Assembly: GCA_028715415.1 (NCBI GenBank)
Contig: JAQURX010000005.1
Location: 64,043 to 128,042 of the forward strand
Origin: Candidatus Omnitrophota bacterium
GTDB taxonomy: Bacteria > Omnitrophota > Gorgyraeia > Gygaellales > Profunditerraquicolaceae
Direction: 5' to 3'
Length of the DNA: 64,000 bases
The position numbers were made by a program, and so were the translations under genes. The notes beneath the pieces are model-generated. The model searched no databases. It was not told where the DNA came from and was given only the letters and a program-made list of their open reading frames with translations. Positions 49,529 through 57,831 of this stretch are shown piece after piece. The stretch's first letter is position 1, and every line of letters begins with the position of its first letter.

Positions 49529-49890
49529 CTTTTATAATCATCCTCTAAGCGCTCAATATCATCTTCACCGAAATAATCGCCGGTTTGGATTTCAATAAAT
49601 ATTAAATCTGTGGAACCGATATTTTTAATACGATGCTCGCAATTACGGGGGATATCAATATATTGCCCGACTGAAAGCTTATGTACTACACCATTTATTT
49701 CAACTTGCGCTTCTCCATGATGAATGAACCAATGCTCTTCGCGCTTTTTATGCCTCTGAAGGCTAAGGCGGCAGCCCTTAGAAACAGTGATTTCCTTAAC
49801 CTTGTGGTCTTCGCCGTTTAAAAGAACCTTATAATTGCCCCAAGGCCTCTCACCAATAGAAACTAAATATTCTCTTTGATATTCTTCCAT
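49525..49890 (-). CDS. Cupin domain protein (mannose-6-phosphate isomerase type II C-terminal-like)
   Basis: 121 aa; cupin motifs H..H.....E.....G and ...H around HKKREEHWFIHHGEAQVEINGV...CEHRIKNIG. Confidence 0.6.
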   Translation of the reverse strand: MEEYQREYLVSIGERPWGNYKVLLNGEDHKVKEITVSKGCRLSLQRHKKREEHWFIHHGEAQVEINGVVHKLSVGQYIDIPRNCEHRIKNIGSTDLIFIEIQTGDYFGEDDIERLEDDYKR

Positions 49891-49904
49891 AATTTATATA
49901 TTCT

Positions 49905-49983
49905 GGATTCCCGCTTTCGCGGGAATGACATTATTAATAGATTCCCGCTTTCGCGGGAATGACAGCCGCTGCGGGAATGACAA
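49905..49983. repeat. Repeat element, reverse orientation: 2x hairpin A (ATTCCCGCTTTCGCGGGAATGACA) + partial
   Basis: ggattcccgctttcgcgggaatgacattattaatagattcccgctttcgcgggaatgacagccgctgcgggaatgacaatag. Confidence 0.85.
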
Positions 49984-49996
49984 TAGAATAAAGACT

Positions 49997-50263
49997 TTAC
50001 CGCGGAGGTTGAGCGGGCCTTGCAGCATTTCCCTGCTGAACTGGCTGACGCATATTTCTTCCCGATGGCTGATGCGAAAGTATCATAAACATAATGAATA
50101 AAGTAAAAATTATGCATAACGCGCTCAAAGAAACCATCGCTAAACCGATAATTTTGCCAATCTTTTGCAGTTGATTGCCGGGTTTATTAGCAAGATATAG
50201 AACTATGTAACCTAAGCCTAAGACAACTAACGAAAATAGTAACTGCGTAATGGTAAAGCCCAT
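49997..50263 (-). CDS. Small two-TM membrane protein (88 aa) with Pro/Gln-rich C-terminus
   Basis: Start moved to MGFTITQ (ATG 50263), directly preceded by AGGAGGCTGT; the track N-terminus is repeat translation. Confidence 0.5.
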   Translation of the reverse strand: MGFTITQLLFSLVVLGLGYIVLYLANKPGNQLQKIGKIIGLAMVSLSALCIIFTLFIMFMILSHQPSGRNMRQPVQQGNAARPAQPPR

Positions 50264-50281
50264 ACAGCCTCCTTTATTAAT

Positions 50282-50358
50282 AGATTCCCGCTTTCGCGGG
50301 AATGACACCGCTGCGGGAATGACACACTTACTGAATCCCTGCTTTCGCAGGGATGACA
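50282..50358. repeat. Repeat element, reverse orientation: hairpin A + partial A + hairpin B
   Basis: agattcccgctttcgcgggaatgacaccgctgcgggaatgacacacttactgaatccctgctttcgcagggatgacatt. Confidence 0.85.
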
Positions 50359-51948
50359 TTATATCCGCTGATAGATTTTTTCAGGGATTGGGAATGTGCG
50401 ATTATTAAGAATAACTCCCAATATATTAGCTTTCTTCTGCTCTAAAGGCACAATAGCAGCCTTAACAACCTGCCTTCTGGTCTTATTTTCATTAACCACA
50501 AGCACTGTTCCGTCAACATACGCAGAAAGCACAGCTGCATCTTTAAAGCTGATTAAATCCGAGCAGTCAATCAAAACTATCTCATACTTTTCTTTTACGT
50601 GTTTAATTAAATCCTGCATTGCCACAGAATCAAAGAATGTAATTGGATTAAGCTCTGTTTCGCCAGCGCTTAAAACATGAAATTTTGCGTTTAAAGCATG
50701 CACTGCTTTTTCAAACGTAACCTTCCCTTCAATTACATCAGTTAAGCCCGGGCCTTTTAGCGTTTTAGCCTTAACCCCAACTGAAGTAGTATTTCTCAAA
50801 TTAGCGTCAATAATTAAAACTTTATGCCCTGCAGAATTAGACAAATACATCCCCATGTTATGGGCAATTGTTGATACGCCCTCTAACCGCAATGCCGAGG
50901 TTAAAAGAAGCGACTTAAAATTTCTATCTCTCATTATCAGATATATCTGCTCGGAGAGATTATTATAAGCACGCGCAAGCATTGCCTCTCTTTTTGTATT
51001 AACAATTGAAGATTTATGCTTTTTCAATCTTCTCGGGATAAACCCTAAGAATGGCAGGTTTAAATATCTCTCTACTTCAACAGCTGATTTAAAAGTCTGG
51101 TCCAGATATTCACAGGTAAACGCAAGCATGACTCCTAAGAAAACACTCATCACAAAAGCTAAAAGCAAAGTAGTGCTTTTTGGAAGCCCAACCGGCCTTA
51201 AAGGAACAGTTGCCTGCTCAATAATCTTTACTGATGCCGGGCCAATTGCTTCTACGTCTGGAAGCGGCTTTCCATCTAAATTCTTAATCATTCTTTCAAT
51301 ATTATCCTTAAGCTGGATAACTGACTGGTGCTTTTCGCCGTATTTAAGCTGCTGCTCAGCCATTTGCTGTTCAAGGTCAAAGATGACATATGAACGGCTG
51401 ACAACGTTAGCAATGATTGCAGCTCCAACAGGGCTAAAATCCCTTGCGCTTAAGATAAACAGATTCGTGTCTCTTATCGGCTCAACATCTACATGCTGTT
51501 TTAAATCTTCAACAGCAATCCTATATAAAAAAGCCCTTCGCTGGTCTTCAGGCAAGTGCTTAAGTTTAGCGTTAAAGGCTTTTGCACTTAAAATAACATA
51601 CGGCTTCTTTATCAAAGAACAAAAGTTCTTCTCATAATCTAATGGCCGCTGATACAGCCCGATTGCTTTAACCACGCGTTCCATTACCGGATTTGATTTC
51701 ATAATTTCGCTTTGAGTAATTGTAATAGGTGTGTTACGGTCAAGCAGTAATTCCCGATAATAAGTAGCTTCCACCTGTTTTTCCGCAGACACTAACATCT
51801 TTACCTGAGACTGATATACAGGTGTTTTAAATATAAGCCCTACGATAACAGTCGCCGTTACTGTAATAATGGCTGTCAAAACCACCACAATATGGCGGAA
51901 TATTATACGCAGGTAATCCCGCAGTGTTGTTTCGCTATAATTTTCCAT
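50359..51948 (-). CDS. Polysaccharide co-polymerase (Wzz/GumC-like) fused to a BY-kinase-like P-loop domain with degenerate Walker A
   Basis: N-terminal Wzz-like TM and periplasmic domain, second TM, C-terminal ParA/MinD-like domain; Walker A reads LEGVSTIA (Lys to Val); no C-terminal Tyr cluster. Confidence 0.7.
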   Translation of the reverse strand: MENYSETTLRDYLRIIFRHIVVVLTAIITVTATVIVGLIFKTPVYQSQVKMLVSAEKQVEATYYRELLLDRNTPITITQSEIMKSNPVMERVVKAIGLYQRPLDYEKNFCSLIKKPYVILSAKAFNAKLKHLPEDQRRAFLYRIAVEDLKQHVDVEPIRDTNLFILSARDFSPVGAAIIANVVSRSYVIFDLEQQMAEQQLKYGEKHQSVIQLKDNIERMIKNLDGKPLPDVEAIGPASVKIIEQATVPLRPVGLPKSTTLLLAFVMSVFLGVMLAFTCEYLDQTFKSAVEVERYLNLPFLGFIPRRLKKHKSSIVNTKREAMLARAYNNLSEQIYLIMRDRNFKSLLLTSALRLEGVSTIAHNMGMYLSNSAGHKVLIIDANLRNTTSVGVKAKTLKGPGLTDVIEGKVTFEKAVHALNAKFHVLSAGETELNPITFFDSVAMQDLIKHVKEKYEIVLIDCSDLISFKDAAVLSAYVDGTVLVVNENKTRRQVVKAAIVPLEQKKANILGVILNNRTFPIPEKIYQRI

Positions 51949-51971
51949 TACATTCTCCTTTTAAATTTTAA

Positions 51972-52823
51972 TTAAAATATGCCTTCTGAAACGACAATAA
52001 TATCCCCCGGCTGGATAACAGGATCGGCCTTGGGGTTTCCTGACATTGCAGCACTAATATTTATTTTAACAGCGTCGTATCCGCTGCCATCTTTTTTCTG
52101 GCGCAAAATCTTAACTCGGCTGGATGAGCCGTATTTTGTAAACCCGCCTGCGAAAGATATAGCTTTAATAACAGTTGTGCTTTCATCTGCCAAATATGGG
52201 CCCGGACGGTTAACTTCTCCGTAAACAAAAAACTTTCTGCTGCGGGATTCTCTTAATGCAACAGAAACAATCGGGTATTTCATATATCCATCAGCAAGCC
52301 TCTTTTGAACTAAATCCTGAACCTGCGCTAAAGTTAAACCTTTAACTATAACATTACCGATATAAGGAAAATTAATTGAGCCATCGGAAGCAACGGTTAC
52401 TGTATTTAACATCTGGTCAGGGGAAATTATAGATATATCAAGGACATCATCAACACCAGTAACATATTCAGTTGAAGCTGCTTCTTGCGGTTTTACAGCC
52501 TCAGCTACTGCAACAGGCGCTGCAGGCGCTTTAACCTCGCCTAAAGATTGCTCCGGCATGGTTAGAGCTTTTATTTTAGCTGGTGCCTCAAGAGTTGTTA
52601 TTTGCGCAGGAGGAACCTGGCTGGTGATAGCTTGAGCAACCACAGGCTCCTTAGCCTTGGCTTCCTCGCGGACAATTACAGGCTCCTTAAGATTCTTTAT
52701 TTTTTCTGCTACTGCATCCTTGGCAGGGGCTGTCCTGTCAGTTGGCGCTTGCGCGTTAATAGCTTTTGAAAAAACTAAAATCGTCAATAAAACCATAGTT
52801 AATACTAAGAACTTTCTCATCAC
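51972..52823 (-). CDS. Polysaccharide export protein (Wza/EpsE-like, Poly_export + SLBB)
   Basis: Signal peptide, Ala/Pro-rich linker, PGDIIVV SLBB motif. Confidence 0.65.
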   Translation of the reverse strand: MMRKFLVLTMVLLTILVFSKAINAQAPTDRTAPAKDAVAEKIKNLKEPVIVREEAKAKEPVVAQAITSQVPPAQITTLEAPAKIKALTMPEQSLGEVKAPAAPVAVAEAVKPQEAASTEYVTGVDDVLDISIISPDQMLNTVTVASDGSINFPYIGNVIVKGLTLAQVQDLVQKRLADGYMKYPIVSVALRESRSRKFFVYGEVNRPGPYLADESTTVIKAISFAGGFTKYGSSSRVKILRQKKDGSGYDAVKINISAAMSGNPKADPVIQPGDIIVVSEGIF

Positions 52824-52842
52824 ATCCTCCTATTTTTAAAGG

Positions 52843-54249
52843 CTATTTAGCGCCTACGCCAAACACAACTACCGGCATTGTTTTAAAGAATATCTTAAGG
52901 TCAAGCCACAGCGACCAGTTATCTATATATTCCAAATCAAGTTTTACCCATCTATCAAATTCATTAATATTGTTTCTCCCGCTTGCCTGCCACAAACAAG
53001 TTAAACCCGGGCGCATGCTAAGCCTTCGCCTCTGCCACGTCTGGTATTCTTTAACCTCTTTGGGAAGCGGCGGACGCGGCCCAATCAAGCTCATATCGCC
53101 CTTAAATACATTCCAAAGCTGGGGAAATTCATCCAAACTAAATTTCCTTAAAAACTTTCCAATCGGAGTAACCCTCGGGTCATTTTTCATTTTAAAAACA
53201 GGGCCTTGCATTTCATTATGGATGCTTAACTCTTCCAATCTTTGCTCAGCATCCTTATACATTGTCCTGAATTTATATAGCGTAAACGTCCTGCCATTGA
53301 TGCCGCATCTTTTCTGGTTAAAAAATACAGGGCCTTTTGAAGACAGCTTTATAATTATAGAAATTACTAATAAAAACGGGAATAGGACTATAATACCTAC
53401 ACCGGAAACTACAATATCAAAAATCCTCTTTATCAAAAGGTGCCAGACTTTATCAGGAGTTGATTCAAAAGTAAGCATTGGAAAGCCCTGAAGCTCTGTT
53501 TGTTTTGCTTTTGATAATTTAAGCTCAAAGTAATCAACAGCCACGCTTACTTTTAACCCCAGGTTCTCGCAATAAAGCATTATCTCTTCAATTTCATCCA
53601 ACCAAGACCTCGGAGTGATAAAGACTACTTCATCAACTACATGCTTTTTTAATATCTCAGGGATATTCTCAAAAGAACCGATAATTTTACAACCAGAAAC
53701 TTCCTGCCCGATTTTTTCTTTGTCTTTATCAATTAAGCCCAAAATTATTAAGCCCCATTCATCACGCTCTTTAACCAAATCAATAAAATGCTGAGCGCGT
53801 TTACCTGTCCCCACAACCAGCATATTCCTTGTGTTAAAACCTTTTTTTCTAATTGATCTAAAAAACAACACTAACAGAATCTTCTCCGCGCTAACAAGGA
53901 TTGTGGAGAATATTACAATTGAAAGGATAAAAATCCTGCTTATATGGGGAATTTTAAAAACATACGTTATTCCAGCAAATATTAAAAAACCAACGATAGT
54001 AGCTTTATAAACGTTAGAAACGACCTCATAGATTGACTTGGTGCGGATTGATTTATACACACCGAATTTATACAATAACCAGCTTAAAACTAAAGTTATA
54101 ATGGGAAGAAGCCAAAGAAGATCATCAATCTTCCCTTTATAGATGGCTTGCCCTCTAACAAGATAAGCAATAAAGAAAGCCGCGATAATTAAAAAATAAT
54201 CGCAGATAATAATTAAATAAGTTAGAACTTTGTTGTGTTCCTTAAGCAT
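52843..54249 (-). CDS. Exopolysaccharide polyprenyl glycosylphosphotransferase (WbaP/EpsB-type sugar transferase)
   Basis: 468 aa; C-terminal bacterial sugar transferase domain KRIFDIVVSGVGIIVLFPFLLVISIIIKLSSKGPVFFNQKRCG...LYKFRTM. Confidence 0.85.
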   Translation of the reverse strand: MLKEHNKVLTYLIIICDYFLIIAAFFIAYLVRGQAIYKGKIDDLLWLLPIITLVLSWLLYKFGVYKSIRTKSIYEVVSNVYKATIVGFLIFAGITYVFKIPHISRIFILSIVIFSTILVSAEKILLVLFFRSIRKKGFNTRNMLVVGTGKRAQHFIDLVKERDEWGLIILGLIDKDKEKIGQEVSGCKIIGSFENIPEILKKHVVDEVVFITPRSWLDEIEEIMLYCENLGLKVSVAVDYFELKLSKAKQTELQGFPMLTFESTPDKVWHLLIKRIFDIVVSGVGIIVLFPFLLVISIIIKLSSKGPVFFNQKRCGINGRTFTLYKFRTMYKDAEQRLEELSIHNEMQGPVFKMKNDPRVTPIGKFLRKFSLDEFPQLWNVFKGDMSLIGPRPPLPKEVKEYQTWQRRRLSMRPGLTCLWQASGRNNINEFDRWVKLDLEYIDNWSLWLDLKIFFKTMPVVVFGVGAK

Positions 54250-54250
54250 C

Positions 54251-55393
54251 CTAAAATTCCATCCTCAAACCACAAGTAACAGCAGTTCTGATATATTCTC
54301 TTGTTGGAACATTTGAACTTGTATCTGAATAGGTATAATTTAGAGTGGCTTTTAAATTTTTAGTTAAGTCGTAAGTTAAGCCTGCAGCAGCACCCACCAT
54401 TTTATCCGTTGTTTTGGTTGACTCATATTTTCCATTGCCATAAAAAGCAGTAATTGCTGTTCCGAGCCTGCGGGTAAGCTGGCGGCTAAAATTAAGCGAA
54501 CATCTCCAGGAATCAAGAATCTCCTTCGTATATGAATTAGTGTCGTAAAGCTTGGTAAAAGTAAAGGTGTTTGTGGTTGCTTCATCTATTTCATTCGTCA
54601 AAGACAGGAAAATATTCGCTCTTGTGTACTTTGTCCCATCGTAACCCTTAATAAAATCAATCCCCGGCCTTAAATCAGCGTAAAGCTGCCTTGTAAAATA
54701 CTGCCTTAACGCAGGCGCAATTGTATTCTTGCTGGACTTTGGCCCATTTTTAAACTTTCTTTGAGAATAATCATAGTTCATGTAAACAATTGAAGAAGAA
54801 TTAATGGCATAGTTAAGCCCCAGCCCACCTGAATTAAGATATGAATCAGAGATTGAATCCGTAGAATAGGTATACATATTATTTGAATACCTGACGTCTA
54901 AGTTAAGCTGCTTTGAAATATCGCGAAGATAATCAAAATTAATAGCGTTATTATAAAAACTATACCTTCCATCAAGCCTGCCGAATTCGTCTTCAAAACT
55001 GCGCGGCTCAAATGAATGATAAAAACTATCGGCTAAAGTTATCCTTTCATTTTTAGAAAGCTCCAAGAGGTAATTACCCCTTGCTCTTTCTGAAGTATTA
55101 TCAAAATTATGGTTTTTTACATAAAACTGGTGGGTTACATCTGCGCCTAATGATAAGCTTTGGATTCTTCCTTCATAAGTCAAATCTCCGCCTGCAGTAA
55201 CATTGGTGATATTATCATTGATTTTATTGATTGACTCATAGGTTATGTTGTCATCATAAGTCTGGCCAACATTAAAGCGGAATTTCTTATCAATTTTGGC
55301 AAAACAAACTTCTGAAAAACTCATAAATATTATGACAAAAAGACAAAACCGGGTAACCCTTAAAGCGACAGATTCAAAGTAAGCCTTTTTCAA
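54251..55393 (-). CDS. Outer-membrane beta-barrel protein (EPS-locus associated)
   Basis: Signal peptide, alternating amphipathic beta-strand pattern rich in Y/T/N, C-terminal ...GLRMEF aromatic terminus. Confidence 0.5.
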   Translation of the reverse strand: MKKAYFESVALRVTRFCLFVIIFMSFSEVCFAKIDKKFRFNVGQTYDDNITYESINKINDNITNVTAGGDLTYEGRIQSLSLGADVTHQFYVKNHNFDNTSERARGNYLLELSKNERITLADSFYHSFEPRSFEDEFGRLDGRYSFYNNAINFDYLRDISKQLNLDVRYSNNMYTYSTDSISDSYLNSGGLGLNYAINSSSIVYMNYDYSQRKFKNGPKSSKNTIAPALRQYFTRQLYADLRPGIDFIKGYDGTKYTRANIFLSLTNEIDEATTNTFTFTKLYDTNSYTKEILDSWRCSLNFSRQLTRRLGTAITAFYGNGKYESTKTTDKMVGAAAGLTYDLTKNLKATLNYTYSDTSSNVPTREYIRTAVTCGLRMEF

Positions 55394-55520
55394 GATTCCA
55401 TCCTTTTTTTAAGAAACAAAAACCCTTGACTATTATAGAGTTAAGTAAGTTTAGAAATTGGATTAAGAAGTTAAAGTATAACATTTCCAGGCGAAATGTC
55501 AACCTTTTTGTGCTAAATCT

Positions 55521-56015
55521 TTACCTATAATTGCAGAAGCTCAGTGGCAGGGAGAACTCAATACTTCTTAGATGATTGATTACTGCCTGCAAATCATCCT
55601 TTTTTGGAGAAGAAACGCGGATTTTCTCTCCTTCAATCTGGGTTTGGACCTTGATTTTTGACTCTTTTATGATGCCTACAAGCTGCTTTGCCTTATCTTG
55701 GGCAATTCCCATGGTAATTTCAGCAGACTGCCGGATAGTCCCTTCAAAAGCCTTCTCAGGATCACTAAAAACCAAAGATTTAAGCGACACTCCTCTTTTT
55801 GCAAGGCGGGTTGCCAGGATATCCTTGAGCGCCCGGAGCTTGAAGTCGTCGTCGGCAACAAGGATAATCTTATTCTCGGCCTTATCAAAATTAATGCTGG
55901 ACTTTGAATCTTTAAAGTCATAACGCTGAGAAAGCTCTTTTATAGCTTGATTAACCGCATTGTCAACTTCCTGAAGATTGACTTCTGAAACTATATCAAA
56001 TGAAAAATTTGCCAT
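55521..56015 (-). CDS. yajQ: YajQ family (UPF0234) nucleotide-binding protein
   Basis: 164 aa; MANFSFDIVSEVNLQEVDNAVNQAIKE... conserved YajQ N-terminus. Confidence 0.8.
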   Translation of the reverse strand: MANFSFDIVSEVNLQEVDNAVNQAIKELSQRYDFKDSKSSINFDKAENKIILVADDDFKLRALKDILATRLAKRGVSLKSLVFSDPEKAFEGTIRQSAEITMGIAQDKAKQLVGIIKESKIKVQTQIEGEKIRVSSPKKDDLQAVINHLRSIEFSLPLSFCNYR

Positions 56016-56042
56016 TTAATACTCCTTTTATATTTGTCATTC

Positions 56043-56230
56043 CCGCCCCTGCTTCCGCAGGGGTAAACTGCAGCGGGAATCTACGCTATTTAGTGGATCC
56101 CTGCTTTCGCAGGGATGACAATCACATGTCATTCCCACATTATTTGTCATTCCCGCCCCTGCTTCCGCAGGGGTAAACTGCAGCGGGAATCTACGCTATT
56201 TAGTGGATCCCTGCTTTCGCAGGGATGACA
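56043..56230. repeat. Two tandem copies of a variant composite element in which hairpin A carries a nested hairpin (CCCCTGC-TTCC-GCAGGGG) in its loop
   Basis: tgtcattcccgcccctgcttccgcaggggtaaactgcagcgggaatctacgctatttagtggatccctgctttcgcagggatgaca x2, separated by a degenerate half-site (catgtcattcccacatta). Confidence 0.85.
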
Positions 56231-56231
56231 T

Positions 56232-57089
56232 CTATTGCGAAGCAATAAACTTCTTCGGCCTTCTTTTGCTGGTAAACAGCCCCCAATGAGGCTCAACTGA
56301 GGTATCATTCTTCCAAAACTGATCAAATGCCTCAAAATATACAAATGTTACATTCATATCTTCCATAGCCTTAAAGAATTCATTTTGTTTTGCCTCAGAA
56401 GCCTTATGGTCTCCCTGCGTAGGGAATCCGACTTCTTTAAAAATTACAACCCTGTCAGATTGGCAATGTTTATTAAGCCGGTTAAAATATTTCTCTATCC
56501 AAGCTACAGCTTTCTTTGGTTCTTTTACATTGCTTAAAAAAGGATGGCAATTCGGGAAAACCCAGTCCCCTAAATTATAAACTTGATCATTGGAATAATC
56601 GGTTAAGTGTTCTGTTGTTGTCACGGGTTTTTCGGTTAATTCTTTAATCTCCGCAATTGAATTATTTAAAGTTTCTAAATCATATCTAAAATTCAACCCT
56701 TCATTTCCCACGCAATAACCATCAACATAATCTCTTGCCAAAACCGCGCTCATTATCTCTTCTCTTTCGTCAATATCCCAAATACCCATTATAACGCCTT
56801 CAAAACCGGCTTCTTTTGCCAAGCGTGGAATTTGAGCCAAAATTCCGTCGGAACCATAAGTAACAATCCCGCGGAATCCATATTTGTACAAAACATTAAG
56901 GTCAGCAATGATTGATTCTTCTGAAGGAAAACTATTCCTGTTAGGGTCAAAATTAGTAGGGGTATAAGCGACCCACTTTAAATTGTTAATTTTATCTTTA
57001 AACTCCTCAGGTATCCCAGAAAAAGCTAAACCAAAAGAATAAAACAAAACTAACAAGAATAATAAAAAAACTTTATTATATTTTTTCAT
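56232..57089 (-). CDS. Secreted TIM-barrel protein, GH17-like glycoside hydrolase
   Basis: Signal peptide; VGNEGL (NE acid/base-like) and KEVGFPTQG (resembles GH17 ETGWPS nucleophile region); assignment tentative. Confidence 0.4.
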   Translation of the reverse strand: MKKYNKVFLLFLLVLFYSFGLAFSGIPEEFKDKINNLKWVAYTPTNFDPNRNSFPSEESIIADLNVLYKYGFRGIVTYGSDGILAQIPRLAKEAGFEGVIMGIWDIDEREEIMSAVLARDYVDGYCVGNEGLNFRYDLETLNNSIAEIKELTEKPVTTTEHLTDYSNDQVYNLGDWVFPNCHPFLSNVKEPKKAVAWIEKYFNRLNKHCQSDRVVIFKEVGFPTQGDHKASEAKQNEFFKAMEDMNVTFVYFEAFDQFWKNDTSVEPHWGLFTSKRRPKKFIASQ

Positions 57090-57092
57090 TAA

Positions 57093-57830
57093 TTAGATAT
57101 GGAGGCGGCGATAAATTAGATATAGGCCCTTAAGGGTTAGATCTGGATCAATTTTATCAATTTTCTTGCAATATCTGGAAATTAGTTTGATATTCCCACC
57201 GGTTGCGATAACTTTTGCATTCCTCCCAATTTTAGCTTTTATTCTTTGCGAAAGATCATCGGTTAATGAGGCCATGCCGAATATCAAACCGCTTAAAACA
57301 CTTGTTTTTGTTTCCTTGCCGATAAATTCAGTTGGAGCTTCTAATTTAATCTCCGGCAATAACGCCGTCTTTTCAGCCAAGGCTTCCAAAGAAATCCTTA
57401 ATCCCGGCAAAATCATGCCGCCAAGATATTCCTTATTCTTTGAAATCACATCAAAAGTTATTGCTGTGCCAAAATCAATCGCAATTAAAGGCGCTCCATA
57501 CAGGCTTGACGCGGCGAATGCATTTACCAAACGGTCCTGCCCTACCTGCTTTGGCTTGCGGTAGAGATTCTTAATCGGTACTTTTATACTCTTTCCGACG
57601 ACAAAAGGATTGTGCCCAAGGATTTTTAAAATCCCCGATTCCAGCATCTTCTCTGCTTTAGGGACAACGCTGCAGATAATTGCATCATTGAATTCAATAT
57701 CCAATAAATGCTTTTTTAATAAACCAAAATCGTATCTTTTGGTAGGGATAACAAATTTATTTACGATCTTTGAATTCTGAAAAATCGCAAAGTTAATATT
57801 TGTATTTCCGATATCTGCGGTTAATAGCAT
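57093..57830 (-). CDS. coaX: Type III pantothenate kinase
   Basis: 245 aa; MLLTADIGNTNINFAIF and DFGTAITFD motifs. Confidence 0.85.
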   Translation of the reverse strand: MLLTADIGNTNINFAIFQNSKIVNKFVIPTKRYDFGLLKKHLLDIEFNDAIICSVVPKAEKMLESGILKILGHNPFVVGKSIKVPIKNLYRKPKQVGQDRLVNAFAASSLYGAPLIAIDFGTAITFDVISKNKEYLGGMILPGLRISLEALAEKTALLPEIKLEAPTEFIGKETKTSVLSGLIFGMASLTDDLSQRIKAKIGRNAKVIATGGNIKLISRYCKKIDKIDPDLTLKGLYLIYRRLHI

Positions 57831-57831
57831 G

